64,000 nucleotides of DNA from Candidatus Nomurabacteria bacterium (GTDB lineage: Bacteria; Patescibacteriota; Minisyncoccia; Phycocordibacterales; UBA918), in NCBI GenBank assembly GCA_020632035.1, contig JACKGG010000001.1, forward strand, positions 221,483 through 285,482. Reading direction: 5' to 3'. This document shows positions 1-9,727 of this stretch, in pieces. Both the position numbers and the translations under genes were made by a program. The notes under the pieces were generated by a model. It searched no databases and was not told the origin of the DNA. It saw only the letters and a list, made by a program, of their open reading frames with translations. Positions within the stretch are counted from its first letter, which is position 1; each line of letters starts with the position of its first letter.

Positions 1-134
1 GGTAATGACCAGGAGTGCCGTCACTACTATCATTGGTAGCTCAAACCAATCCTCTACTCTTTTTTCTCTAGCCGTTAGTTTAACAACTGGCTTTTTCATA
101 ATTTAAGTTTAGCACTGTAATTACCATCATTAAG

Positions 135-160
135 AAAAAATCCACTAATGTGGATTTTTT
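135..160. terminator. GC/AT hairpin 'aaaaaatccactaatgtggatttttt' with flanking T-run
   Basis: Perfect inverted repeat with A/T runs, lying downstream of the minus-strand CDS at 181..852. Confidence 0.5.
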
Positions 161-180
161 CTTAGAGAACTTTGTGAATA

Positions 181-852
181 TTATTTCCTCGTCATTTCGT
201 CTATGAGGCGACCAGCGGCGTCTCTGCCACCAAGGCCGAAAGCCAGACCGGCTCCGAGTGAGAGCGCAAACACAATTCCCATAAATAAAGTCTGCACCAG
301 CTCATCAGCAATTTTCAATTGGTTCAATACAGCCAAGATTCCAAAGGCAATCACCAGGGAATAAGTGACTTTGCCAAAGAATTCTACCCGGTTACTACCG
401 CTAGCTCGCAGTGCTGCTACGAGCGTCTTTTGGGCCACTCCGGCAATCAAGACTGCTGCAAACAAAATCAATACCGCCGCGAATACATTTGGTAAGTAAC
501 CAAGGACAACTTCACGCATAAAGGTAGTCACGGCCTGTAGGCCAAGGATGTCGAAAGCCACAATGGCAAAAGCGATGATGACAAACCACTTAACTAAATC
601 CCCCACAAAATGGGTCGGCTTAAAGTCGTGCCCCGAACGACGAGACAGTTCATCTACCCCGGCTTTATCGAGAGCGTCGTCGAGGCGAAGTGTCTTAAAA
701 ACTTTCCGCACCACACCAGATAATAATCCGCCAATAATCCAGCCGAGGACCAAAACCAATACCGCCACCACTAATTGCGGTAAGTAATGTATAACCTCAA
801 ACCAGAGACTAGACATGGATTGTTCAATTGAGCCAAATAAGTTGTAGTTCAT
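181..852 (-). CDS. Multi-pass membrane protein with repeated conserved TM helices (mechanosensitive-channel-like family)
   Basis: 223-aa ORF. The translation is strongly hydrophobic, with repeated TM segments separated by charged loops. The family assignment is tentative. Confidence 0.45.
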   Translation of the reverse strand: MNYNLFGSIEQSMSSLWFEVIHYLPQLVVAVLVLVLGWIIGGLLSGVVRKVFKTLRLDDALDKAGVDELSRRSGHDFKPTHFVGDLVKWFVIIAFAIVAFDILGLQAVTTFMREVVLGYLPNVFAAVLILFAAVLIAGVAQKTLVAALRASGSNRVEFFGKVTYSLVIAFGILAVLNQLKIADELVQTLFMGIVFALSLGAGLAFGLGGRDAAGRLIDEMTRK

Positions 853-1041
853 ATAGAATATTTATACTAATAACTACTTTCAGTATAGCACTCATGGGAC
901 AAGTGCTGTTTTATTCAACATAAATAGCCGTTTGGCAATATCTTCCGAATAACCAACATTTATCCCAAACCCTTTTGTAGGTATGTTACTATAAAAATAT
1001 ACATATATTAGTTATTAGTAAAATACTTAAGTTAATTAACT

Positions 1042-1293
1042 ATGCAATTTAATGGTGAGAAAGAATTCCACGCAAGACCAATCCAGAAAAAGCAGGGCTG
1101 GCCAACCAAACTGGCCTACAAGCTAGGTGCCAAAGACGATGCCCAAGCTAGCTTATTTATGACTATTTTTGCTGTTGTTGGTTTAATTATTACCTTTTAT
1201 TTGTATAAAGGGATTTTGTTTCCATCTATTGATACAACCATATCACATGAGGAGAAGCTACAGACAGAACTAGACGCTAATCCGTCAAGCTAA
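1042..1293 (+). CDS. Small hypothetical membrane protein
   Basis: 83-aa ORF with a single hydrophobic segment, immediately upstream of the pilin gene and probably co-transcribed with it. Confidence 0.3.
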   Translation: MQFNGEKEFHARPIQKKQGWPTKLAYKLGAKDDAQASLFMTIFAVVGLIITFYLYKGILFPSIDTTISHEEKLQTELDANPSS

Positions 1294-1295
1294 GT

Positions 1296-1856
1296 ATGTT
1301 TAATTTTTACACAGACACAATTTCCAGAAAATTGAATTCAAAAAATTCTGGCTTTACTCTTATTGAGCTGTTAGTTGTCATTGCAATTATTGGTATATTG
1401 TCTTCTGTAGTACTAGCATCATTACAAGATGCAAGGAAGTCTGCGCGCGATAGTACAATCAAACAACAGGTGCGAGCTCTGGCCACAATGGCTGAAATAA
1501 TCTACAACGAACAGCAAACTTTTGATGAGGTTAATACCCGGTGCTACGGCGACGGTTCTGGGGGTTGTTTGACTTGTGACGATGCTGCTAGACCTGATTT
1601 TTCCGGACCAAATGGAGCCGAACTATATAAACTATGTAAAGCTATCGAAGAAAATACAACTACCGATGATAACTATATGATCTGGAGGAATAAATGTACG
1701 ACAGAAAATAATTGTTACTCCTTCACCGTACAGCTTAATGACGGAAACTTCTTTTGCGTTGGTGGTAATGGAAAGAACTATGAGGGACCAGCCAACCCAG
1801 TAGGCCCATTAGGTTACCTAGAAGGTCCAGGATGTCGGAATGATCCTCAGAATTAA
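1296..1856 (+). CDS. Type IV pilin-like protein (prepilin N-terminal cleavage/methylation domain)
   Basis: N-terminus has the motif 'GFTLIELLVVIAIIGIL' (class III signal, G-F-T-L-I-E). The C-terminal globular part is Cys-rich. Confidence 0.75.
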   Translation: MFNFYTDTISRKLNSKNSGFTLIELLVVIAIIGILSSVVLASLQDARKSARDSTIKQQVRALATMAEIIYNEQQTFDEVNTRCYGDGSGGCLTCDDAARPDFSGPNGAELYKLCKAIEENTTTDDNYMIWRNKCTTENNCYSFTVQLNDGNFFCVGGNGKNYEGPANPVGPLGYLEGPGCRNDPQN

Positions 1857-1895
1857 AAATGTAAAATTATTCTATAATATTATCTATTACTTTCT

Positions 1896-2531
1896 TTATC
1901 CCCTAAAAGTCGAAGCCGTCACTTCGTCTTTCACGCCGATTTTATCTACCAATACTTGGTGATTGTAGTCGAAGAAGTCTCGAGTGAGTTTGTCATACAT
2001 ACCCACCCGGTACATTAGATCTTCTGAAGACATCGCTGCAAAACGGATTTCAATCCCTACTTCAGCCTCGAGTGAGCGAATGGCTTTTTCCACTTTAGCT
2101 TGGGAAAATTTCTTCATGGACAAGAGTACGTCTAACCTTTGTTCAAAATCTCGCACAAACACACCGGCAATACCGACAAAATCCAATACACCTGCTTGTC
2201 GTAGGTGCTTTAGTAAATTTTTCCCATCGATTGGTGCGGTTTCAAATAGAAAAGTTTGTAATGCTTGGAGTTCCTGAAAATCCTTGTTTAGTACATAGCC
2301 AACCGCTTTCATCTTCTTTGACTTACCCTCCACCTCTATGTACATGGTCTTTTGCTTAATAACACCTGCTTTTTCAAGTGCAGAAATTTCTGTCCGAGCA
2401 GTCCGACGCACCAGCTTAGCTCGACGACTAATATCATCAAAAAGAAATTCCTTAGAAGGATTAAACAAGAAAAATCGGAGGAGTTTTACTCTTGCAGTGC
2501 TACCAAACAGGATTGAAAGTGGGTCTGCCAT
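1896..2531 (-). CDS. Hypothetical protein with N-terminal winged-helix-like region
   Basis: 211-aa ORF with no recognisable catalytic motif. The N-terminal basic/helical segment suggests DNA binding. Confidence 0.35.
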   Translation of the reverse strand: MADPLSILFGSTARVKLLRFFLFNPSKEFLFDDISRRAKLVRRTARTEISALEKAGVIKQKTMYIEVEGKSKKMKAVGYVLNKDFQELQALQTFLFETAPIDGKNLLKHLRQAGVLDFVGIAGVFVRDFEQRLDVLLSMKKFSQAKVEKAIRSLEAEVGIEIRFAAMSSEDLMYRVGMYDKLTRDFFDYNHQVLVDKIGVKDEVTASTFRG

Positions 2532-2606
2532 ACTGTGATTATGAGGCGATTATATCACAAAGGGTCTGTAGACAGCTTTTAAGGAAAATGTCGTAACTGA
2601 CGTAAT

Positions 2607-2645
2607 AAAAAGGCGCGAACCTTAAGGTTCGCGCCTTTTTATTAA
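2607..2645. terminator. Bidirectional rho-independent terminator (stem aggcgcgaacc/ggttcgcgcct)
   Basis: Perfect 11-bp GC-rich stem flanked by an A-run and a T-run. Confidence 0.6.
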
Positions 2646-2799
2646 CTTAAGAGAAACTTATTTCAAAGTAACTTTAGCTCCGTCACAAGTCCTCAGAAAT
2701 ATATTCCTTGCAGTCATTATTTTCTGGGCTCGCGACCCCGCCTCGCGCTATTTCGTCCCCCGGACGAAGCGCTCCGACCCTGGAGCTAAGGTCACACAA

Positions 2800-2830
2800 A
2801 GAAAAAACGGACCGAAGTCCGTTTTTTCTT
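2800..2830 (-). terminator. rplL terminator hairpin (aaaaaacggac..gtccgtttttt)
   Basis: Stem-loop plus U-tract immediately 3' of the rplL stop on the minus strand. Confidence 0.65.
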
Positions 2831-2848
2831 TGTCATAGTGTGTAAACA

Positions 2849-3349
2849 CTATTTCAATGTAACCTTAGCTCCAGCTTCTTCAAGCTTAGCCTTTAGTGCT
2901 TCTGCATCTTCTTTCTTAAGGTTTTCCTTAACAACAGCAGGAGCTCCGTCAACCATTTCCTTTGCTTCCTTTAGTCCTAGACCACAAGCTTCCTTAACAG
3001 CCTTGATAACCGCAATCTTTTGCGCACCAGCTTCTGTTAGTTCTACTGTGAATTCTGATTGCTCTTCACCACCAGCGTCTCCACCAGCAGCTGGACCTGC
3101 TACTGCTACTGCAGAAGCTGATACTCCGAATCGCTTTTCAAGAACCTTAACTAGTTCATGTAGTTGTAGTACTGACATTTCTTCAACTTGCTCTACAAGC
3201 TTCTTGAATTCTGCTGGTACTTCTACTGTCTCATCAGCATCTGATGCTTTTTCTTCTACTGCCGGAGCAGCTTCTTCCTTAGTTTCTTCAACCGCTACTT
3301 CTGGAGTCGCAGTTTCTTCTACTGCTACGTCTTTTGTTTCTTCTGACAT
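2849..3349 (-). CDS. rplL: 50S ribosomal protein L7/L12 with an approximately 45-aa acidic N-terminal extension
   Basis: Translation has the motif '[20 protein letters not shown]...[15 protein letters not shown]...' and is colinear with bacterial L12. The extra Glu/Val/Ala-rich N-terminus has no internal alternative start codon. Confidence 0.93.
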   Translation of the reverse strand: MSEETKDVAVEETATPEVAVEETKEEAAPAVEEKASDADETVEVPAEFKKLVEQVEEMSVLQLHELVKVLEKRFGVSASAVAVAGPAAGGDAGGEEQSEFTVELTEAGAQKIAVIKAVKEACGLGLKEAKEMVDGAPAVVKENLKKEDAEALKAKLEEAGAKVTLK

Positions 3350-3488
3350 AATTTTAATTTTAATCTCTATCGATATAAAAGGGTCTAGGTTGCATTAGCT
3401 GCGCGAAGCACAAAGAAATTTTTTCGAGTCGTACTTAGTAGTACGGTAAGATAAAATTTCTGCAGTGCGACAAAGCAGATGATGTGAA

Positions 3489-3977
3489 CTAGGCGCTTTT
3501 CTTCTCTGCGATAGCGTTCAATCCTAGAACAAGTCCTTGGATTGGTGAGTTAATAACATTTACGAACATACCTCGCAGTACTGGTAGAGCTGGGATTGAA
3601 GCAATCTCAGTCATTTCTACAGCGTCTTTATAAACACCTTGGAAGACTCCTCCTGCAATAGAAAGGTTGTCTTTGTACTTACCGGCAAATTCTTTAATCT
3701 TTTGGGCTGGAGCTATAGCGTCGGTGCTGTAAGCAACGGCGATTTCTCCTTCAAGAGCGGGCATTTCTCCTTCGAAAGCACCATCGAAAGCTCGTTTCAT
3801 TAGTGTTTTCTTGGCCACAAAGTACCCTACTCCTTCTTCTCGCAATGTCGCTCGCATCGCAGTTGAGTCTTGAACTCCAAGTCCGTTGAACTTAACAAAT
3901 ACGATAGATTCAGAATCTTTCTTGACTCCATCTAGTTTTGCGAGGATTGTTTGCTTTTTAGCTTTTGTAATTGCCAT
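3489..3977 (-). CDS. rplJ: 50S ribosomal protein L10
   Basis: Translation 'MAITKAKKQTILAKLDGVKKDSESIVFVKFNGLGVQDSTAMRATLREEGVGYFVAKKTL...' is L10-like. The start was moved from the ORF-track start (4013) to the internal Met at 3977. Gene order rplJ-rplL is conserved. Confidence 0.88.
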   Translation of the reverse strand: MAITKAKKQTILAKLDGVKKDSESIVFVKFNGLGVQDSTAMRATLREEGVGYFVAKKTLMKRAFDGAFEGEMPALEGEIAVAYSTDAIAPAQKIKEFAGKYKDNLSIAGGVFQGVYKDAVEMTEIASIPALPVLRGMFVNVINSPIQGLVLGLNAIAEKKSA

Positions 3978-4208
3978 GTGAATATGGATTACTTTTAAAA
4001 ACAGGCCCATCATATATATGAGGGGGCTCGACCTGCCAAACTAAAATAAATAGATTGGACCTCGGCGGGCGAACCAATCGGTTCATTACCTGATATCCTT
4101 TTCGATATCAGACCAGCTGTCATGAGCCTGTTGCAGGACACTATATCAGAATATTTAAAAAAGAAAAGGCTGCCACTCATGGTGTCCACCTTTTCTTTTA
4201 ATCTTCTC
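3978..4208 (-). promoter_or_regulatory. Candidate L10 (rplJ) leader / promoter region
   Basis: A 230-bp untranslated region upstream of rplJ that is GC-richer than its surroundings. It contains the palindrome ctgatatc..gatatcag. The position matches the known autoregulatory L10 leader; the structure was not verified. Confidence 0.25.
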
Positions 4209-6551
4209 TTACAGCCCCTTTTCTTCAATCCTATTTCCAATATTTGATACTGCCGATGGCGTATTTGCTTCGATACGTTTTACAATCTCAAATGTATAAG
4301 CGTCATACACTTCTACTTCATTGGCTGTTTGAGAAACTATGTAAACAAATTTTCCATCATTAGTAAACTCTGGATGCCACGAGCTTTCCCCTTCGACTGG
4401 ACGAATAGTTTTTACGATTTCATCTACTCGAGCATCAATAACATATATTTCATCGTGAAATTCTCCAAAGGCTGTCTCTGCCCATACATAAGGATATTCT
4501 GGATCCTCCAAGAATGATCTAATAAATAACCCTGGACCAGCTGTTTTTATGTACGAAACAGGTTCCCATGTATTGGTATCAATAGCTGTAATCAACCCTT
4601 CGCCCAAAGCTGGAACGTAAACTTTATTACCCCAAGCTGCACCTGGACCAGTATGGGGAGTTTCTCCTGTAACCACTTCTGTCACTGGTTGCCAGGTATC
4701 TGTGTCCATCACCCAAACTGTTTTTGAACCCATTGAAGCAACAATGTAGAATCGTCCATCGGGCGTCAAAAATGCATCATGAAGGGGTGTGGCATTCTCT
4801 CCAATATTCCAGTGTTTCTCAATTACAGGAAAATCTGGTTTTGAGGTATCGATTACCCAAACGCTATTTAGGTCTTTTAGAGCAGCAATTACTTTATCTC
4901 CATCTTCAATCATTGCTCCTACCCGTGACTCTATTTCTTCACCATCAATTTCACCAACAGTTGGGATTGTTTTCAAAATATCTAGAGTTTCGGGATCAAC
5001 CATAACGACATTGCCAGGAATATAATTACCGATAGCCAAATATTTACCATCGTCAGTTAGCGCCGTCCCCCTGGAGCTTTCTCCAACACTAACCGACTTA
5101 ATCGGCTCTAGAGTATTTAAGTCAATCTTAGTCAACCAACCATCGCGAGCAATAATAAACATATACCGTGCATCTTCTGTATATACAGAAGTATGAGGCT
5201 GGAATCCAATGTCATGGATTCTGCCTAATTCAGTATGTGTGCTTCCGTCCATGAAAAGAAGTTTTTCTGCATCTTTCTCTACAATTACCATCAGGTCGTG
5301 ATTATCCCATGATCCTACTTCTACATATAACTCAGTATACGGATTGAGTTCAGTGACCTTCTCATCTGGATTTCCTGACTCCATCGCCACCACCCCATCA
5401 TCAATAGCGCCAATGAAGAATTTCATCTGTTTATCACTAATTCCCTTTCCGTGGTTGTGGTGATAATTTTCTGAAGCGTCTGTACCACAGTTAAATGCGG
5501 CCGGATGAAGCTTAGATTCTTCAGTCATATCAAACACCAACCCATCAATTATCAACCAACAACTATCTTTGCTGTTGTTAACAGTAACCTCTTCCGCTGA
5601 AAATCCAAGTAAGCCAATCTCGTATGATTTTACTCGATCACTTATTCCGTCTGGTGTTATTTTACGATAATTTTCTGTGGTGTCTGTACCGCATGCATAA
5701 ATATCAGGGTATTTCTCTGCGGCTGGAGTAGCGTCGTACACTCTTCCATCAATTGCCACCCAACAATCTTCGATGTTGCTGTGCATGGCAACTTCTTTGA
5801 GAGTATATGTAGTATTTTCCGGACCTTCATTTACCCCTTCAACGATTATTTCTTTTTCTGGATTTGATACTGCTACCACCTTCATATCCTCTTTAAAACT
5901 ACCGACTGCAGAAACTCCAAACACTACAGAAAATAAAATACCTAGAGCAGCGAATCCCTTTAAGATTTGCTTGTTTCTCCTTGTCAGTCTTTTAACTGTA
6001 GTCAAGAAAAACAGAAGACCAACTACCACTACAAAAAAGAAATAGGCTGACATCACCATAGAGTAACTGCCCGGAAAGCGAAACATTGCGTGGTGCAAAA
6101 TAATAAATACCCAAGACGCTACTGATACAGCTTCACTCACAACTAAGAATGCGAGGAGGTTTGATGGAGAGGCTTCAATTTCTTGATTGTTCTGTTTTTT
6201 ATCTACGAGTTGTCCAAGTTTAGGTAAATAGAAATATTGGAAGATGAAGGCATTAATCATCATGAGAGTAGCGATGGTCATATCAGCATAAAAAATACCT
6301 ATGCCAAGCATCGCCTCTGCCGACAAAGTGAACAAGCCCACTCCAGAAAAGGTATACAAAATAATCCCTACCCACACAACTGCTCGTGCATGACGAAGAA
6401 TCCTGTACTCGTCTTTAGAAATTTCCCCATCACGTACACTGGTGACAAATAATAAATTGCTGAGAATAGCAGCCCCAGCAGCAATAGATAAACCCAGTGA
6501 AAAAATAACCAAGTAGATGAGGTGAAGATCAAAATATGATAAAAGTTCCAT
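4209..6551 (-). CDS. Large membrane protein with about 6 N-terminal TM helices, two tandem cytochrome b5-like domains and a C-terminal YVTN-type beta-propeller
   Basis: The hydrophobic N-terminus is followed by 'YTLKEVAMHSNIEDCWVAIDGRVYDAT' and 'DSCWLIIDGLVFDMTEESKLHPAAF...NHGKG', which are cyt-b5 fold signatures. Repeated 'Y.V..DG..(L/Y)' blades follow in the C-terminal half. Confidence 0.55.
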   Translation of the reverse strand: MELLSYFDLHLIYLVIFSLGLSIAAGAAILSNLLFVTSVRDGEISKDEYRILRHARAVVWVGIILYTFSGVGLFTLSAEAMLGIGIFYADMTIATLMMINAFIFQYFYLPKLGQLVDKKQNNQEIEASPSNLLAFLVVSEAVSVASWVFIILHHAMFRFPGSYSMVMSAYFFFVVVVGLLFFLTTVKRLTRRNKQILKGFAALGILFSVVFGVSAVGSFKEDMKVVAVSNPEKEIIVEGVNEGPENTTYTLKEVAMHSNIEDCWVAIDGRVYDATPAAEKYPDIYACGTDTTENYRKITPDGISDRVKSYEIGLLGFSAEEVTVNNSKDSCWLIIDGLVFDMTEESKLHPAAFNCGTDASENYHHNHGKGISDKQMKFFIGAIDDGVVAMESGNPDEKVTELNPYTELYVEVGSWDNHDLMVIVEKDAEKLLFMDGSTHTELGRIHDIGFQPHTSVYTEDARYMFIIARDGWLTKIDLNTLEPIKSVSVGESSRGTALTDDGKYLAIGNYIPGNVVMVDPETLDILKTIPTVGEIDGEEIESRVGAMIEDGDKVIAALKDLNSVWVIDTSKPDFPVIEKHWNIGENATPLHDAFLTPDGRFYIVASMGSKTVWVMDTDTWQPVTEVVTGETPHTGPGAAWGNKVYVPALGEGLITAIDTNTWEPVSYIKTAGPGLFIRSFLEDPEYPYVWAETAFGEFHDEIYVIDARVDEIVKTIRPVEGESSWHPEFTNDGKFVYIVSQTANEVEVYDAYTFEIVKRIEANTPSAVSNIGNRIEEKGL

Positions 6552-6649
6552 AAAGTAATTGATATTAATAGCTATTTACATAATACAGCATTGTTTTGCT
6601 TTATATATGAATAACTAACAGCACCAACATCGCAGGATAGAGCGGTAAT

Positions 6650-6832
6650 TTACCTTCTATTTTTTATATACAGGTTTATTGAGACTGAAATTCTAAGCAG
6701 AAGCACGAAGACTGCAATTGCAGCAAATATAAAAGACAATCCTTGTAAAGTTGTAGGAACAACATAAGTACCAATTAAATAAAAGGTGCTCGCACAAATA
6801 AATATAAGGCCGTGATAATTGCAACTGTCCAC
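6650..6832 (-). CDS. Small hypothetical membrane peptide
   Basis: 60-aa ORF with two hydrophobic segments. Weak call. Confidence 0.2.
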   Translation of the reverse strand: MDSCNYHGLIFICASTFYLIGTYVVPTTLQGLSFIFAAIAVFVLLLRISVSINLYIKNRR

Positions 6833-6875
6833 GGCTTCTTCGTACTTGTTATATATTTAAATTGATTATCAACTG

Positions 6876-8528
6876 CTACTCCTTAACTTCTTTCTTAATT
6901 GATTTCAGAAGTAGGTCCATGTCTCCATCGACTTTTTTGTGTGGGTTAAATATCTTCTTTGGGTCAAACACATTTTTCACATCCTTAAAAACAGAAAGCA
7001 TTTCTTCCGAAAACATTTGACCTAAATATGGGGTACGGATTAAACCGTCATTATGCTCACCAGTTATTGAACCATCGTACTCCCCTACTAATTTGTAGAC
7101 ACGTTCGGACAACTCTCTGATTATCTTAGAAAAATCTGGTCGTGAATAATCCATCAAAGGAATGATGTGGAAGTTTCCATCGCCAATATGACCAGCAATC
7201 GTAAATATCAATTTGTAGTCAGCCATGATTGCGTAGAGCTTTGGCAGGAATTCTGGCAACTTTTCTGGTCGAACAGAAATATCGTCAATAAATGGTGCTG
7301 TGTGTTTGCCGTGGACATTCTCACGTAACAACTTGAAGCTCTCTCTACGAATTGTCCAGAATTTTTCACCTTCCTTCTGAGTCTTTGTTACGTGGGTCGA
7401 TACTTCAAATGAAGCCAGGACTGACTTCTGTGCTCTATTGGCGGCTAGTACCACCTCTTCTTCGGTGTCCCCTACGAACTCTGCCATCAATACCAGCTTG
7501 GGAATACCACCAGTCAAAATCATTTTTACTTCCGGCAAGAAGTCCAGCATCAACTTAAACGGATTGCCTCCCAACTTTTTTAGAAGCTTGGGGAAAATTC
7601 TTAACATTATCCCAAATGTCTTGTCATCGTACGATTCAAAACTTTCTGGTTTTTCTTTAAGAACAGTATTCACCATTTCTCCTAAAACCTTCATGTGCTT
7701 ATCTCGCAAGAACATCACCAACATTCGAGCATGTTTCTTTGGCTTCATTAAAGCAAAAGTTATCTCGGTAATAATACCTAACGTTCCTTGAGAACCGACA
7801 ATCAATTGAGTCAGGTCAAAAGTATCGGCTTCCTCATCCCAGATATTCCAAACACTATAACCAGCCGAATTCTTTGAAACAACTGGCTTTTCTTTCCGTA
7901 AAATATCTATCTTCTCGTGAATAATCCAATCTATATCTCGATATAGTTGACCTTCAAAAGTATCAAGCGACTTCTTTGCCTCAAGATCTTCTCTGGTTAG
8001 CTTATGGAATTCATATTCATTTCCGTCACTTAATACCATCTTTATTGAACGAACCCACTTTTCAGTCTTACCGTAAGTAAGAGATTTTTCTCCTGCTGAG
8101 TTGTTGGCCACCATTCCGCCCACTGTGTTTAGTTCTTTTGATGCTGTATAGCAAGGAAGAATTACTCCTTGTTTAAGGGTTTCTTTTTCTAAATCTCGAT
8201 AGAATACTCCCGGCTGAGTCACCGCAAATTCTTCACTTACCGAGTAAATTTTGTTGAAATGCTTGGTCATACTGACTACAACAGAATCTGTCAGAGGACC
8301 GCCAGACATGTCGGTACCTGCCGCACGAGCGGTCAGAGTGACCTCTGGATTGTCGGCAGCAAACTTAAGCAAAGACTGAACGTCCTGAACATCTTTAGGG
8401 TAAACCACGCACTTTGGACGAACATGAAAAATACTAGTGTCTTCACTATTTATCTCTAAAGTTTCATCATCAATGGAAACTTTACCTGAGAATATACTTT
8501 CTAGTTCTTTTTGAAAGTCCATGTGCAA
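6876..8528 (-). CDS. FAD-linked oxidase (GlcD / D-lactate dehydrogenase family)
   Basis: N-terminal PCMH-type FAD-binding domain ('VVYPKDVQDVQSLLKFAADNPEVTLTARAAGTDMSGGPL') followed by a C-terminal oxidase domain. Confidence 0.8.
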   Translation of the reverse strand: MHMDFQKELESIFSGKVSIDDETLEINSEDTSIFHVRPKCVVYPKDVQDVQSLLKFAADNPEVTLTARAAGTDMSGGPLTDSVVVSMTKHFNKIYSVSEEFAVTQPGVFYRDLEKETLKQGVILPCYTASKELNTVGGMVANNSAGEKSLTYGKTEKWVRSIKMVLSDGNEYEFHKLTREDLEAKKSLDTFEGQLYRDIDWIIHEKIDILRKEKPVVSKNSAGYSVWNIWDEEADTFDLTQLIVGSQGTLGIITEITFALMKPKKHARMLVMFLRDKHMKVLGEMVNTVLKEKPESFESYDDKTFGIMLRIFPKLLKKLGGNPFKLMLDFLPEVKMILTGGIPKLVLMAEFVGDTEEEVVLAANRAQKSVLASFEVSTHVTKTQKEGEKFWTIRRESFKLLRENVHGKHTAPFIDDISVRPEKLPEFLPKLYAIMADYKLIFTIAGHIGDGNFHIIPLMDYSRPDFSKIIRELSERVYKLVGEYDGSITGEHNDGLIRTPYLGQMFSEEMLSVFKDVKNVFDPKKIFNPHKKVDGDMDLLLKSIKKEVKE

Positions 8529-8529
8529 T

Positions 8530-8922
8530 TTACATTATTCTTTCTCCTGGTCGCTCTTTGGTAGCAGTCACGTCGTAAACTTCTTCTGGCGTTAAAACCA
8601 AAACACCCTTAACCACTCTGTCCGGAAGTGTATCAGCCACCATCTCAACGATTAAATCAAACGTCTCACCTTCTGTGACGTATTCAACAACACCCTTAAT
8701 CTGGTAACCCGCCAAACCACGCCAAGCTGCTAGTGAAACTTTTGGGTTTTCTAGAATATTTTCTAGAGTCTTGGTCATGAAATAATTCACCAGTAAAATC
8801 TGATTGTTGACCACCTTCACCGTAGACACAGGCACTACATGCAAGCAGCCAGGGACCATTGTCGCCAAAGCCTTTCCGTCAGCATTCTCAATAATATCTA
8901 CAATTTTTTCTGTAAGTTCCAT
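8530..8922 (-). CDS. Pyridoxamine 5'-phosphate oxidase-like FMN-binding split-barrel protein
   Basis: 130 aa, about the length of a PNPOx-like split-barrel protein. Its stop lies 2 nt from the start of the FAD-oxidase gene, so the two are likely co-transcribed. Confidence 0.55.
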   Translation of the reverse strand: MELTEKIVDIIENADGKALATMVPGCLHVVPVSTVKVVNNQILLVNYFMTKTLENILENPKVSLAAWRGLAGYQIKGVVEYVTEGETFDLIVEMVADTLPDRVVKGVLVLTPEEVYDVTATKERPGERIM

Positions 8923-8995
8923 ACTAATTATCTGTAATTAAACAATAACATTTATAACAGTCCACCATATCAGTTTCCCACCAAGACGGGCCTGC

Positions 8996-9454
8996 CTATT
9001 CTCCTATTTTCGAGGCTACAAGTCTCGATAGATTACTTAGGAAGGTTGCCACAGCAGATAGAGCCAGTAGCACAACAGGGAAAATTGCGTATGGGGTCAT
9101 TAAGTAGAAAAAGATAATTGTAGCGGTTGCCCATATACCAAAGCACCAAGCACAATCGAGTAAATCGGCCAGAGTCCGGCGGGGGCCAGTTTTAGGCTTC
9201 ACTAACTCAAAACCCCGACCCACCTTCTTAACATCCCAAAACTGCTCTCGGAAAAACTTAGTAATTAGGTCATAGACAAACAGCCTAGTCAGTCGCCAAG
9301 AAGCTAGTGTAATGATTACGTAGTCGACTAAGCTTAAGTCTACCAGCGGTATCCGAGCCTCAGTCTCAAGAATAATTGAGCCCATAACAACCAATATCAG
9401 AAAAAATATTGCAAAGATAAAATTCCAAAAGTACTGATCTGTAATACGAATCAT
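8996..9454 (-). CDS. DUF1360-like membrane protein
   Basis: Has a 'DLLDCAWCFGIWAT' CxxC motif inside a hydrophobic protein, typical of DUF1360. Confidence 0.45.
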   Translation of the reverse strand: MIRITDQYFWNFIFAIFFLILVVMGSIILETEARIPLVDLSLVDYVIITLASWRLTRLFVYDLITKFFREQFWDVKKVGRGFELVKPKTGPRRTLADLLDCAWCFGIWATATIIFFYLMTPYAIFPVVLLALSAVATFLSNLSRLVASKIGE

Positions 9455-9472
9455 AATATTCCCTGGTTCAAC

Positions 9473-9727
9473 TTATTGTACACCACTTCCAACTCCAACT
9501 ATTAAAATAAATAACAACACCCCAGCGATAACAGCGATAAAACTAAAAACGAAACGATAAAAGCTTTTGTTTAATGCATTTTCTTTTATTCTCCTCAACC
9601 TCGCTTTTGGATTCATATTAAATATTATAGCAGATGTAAAAAAGTCCGTCCTGAATTCCAGTATTTCAGACAGACTTTGGTCTATGTGGCTATCTAACTT
9701 TGAAGTAAAAACGTTGCACCAAAGCAA
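9473..9727 (-). CDS. Small hypothetical membrane protein
   Basis: 84 aa with a C-terminal TM helix. Confidence 0.3.
   Translation of the reverse strand: MLWCNVFTSKLDSHIDQSLSEILEFRTDFFTSAIIFNMNPKARLRRIKENALNKSFYRFVFSFIAVIAGVLLFILIVGVGSGVQ

Noticed and set aside
2838-3398. 186-aa plus-strand ORF rich in Ser/Ala
   Set aside because: It is the mirror frame of rplL on the opposite strand, with the low-complexity composition typical of antisense ORFs.
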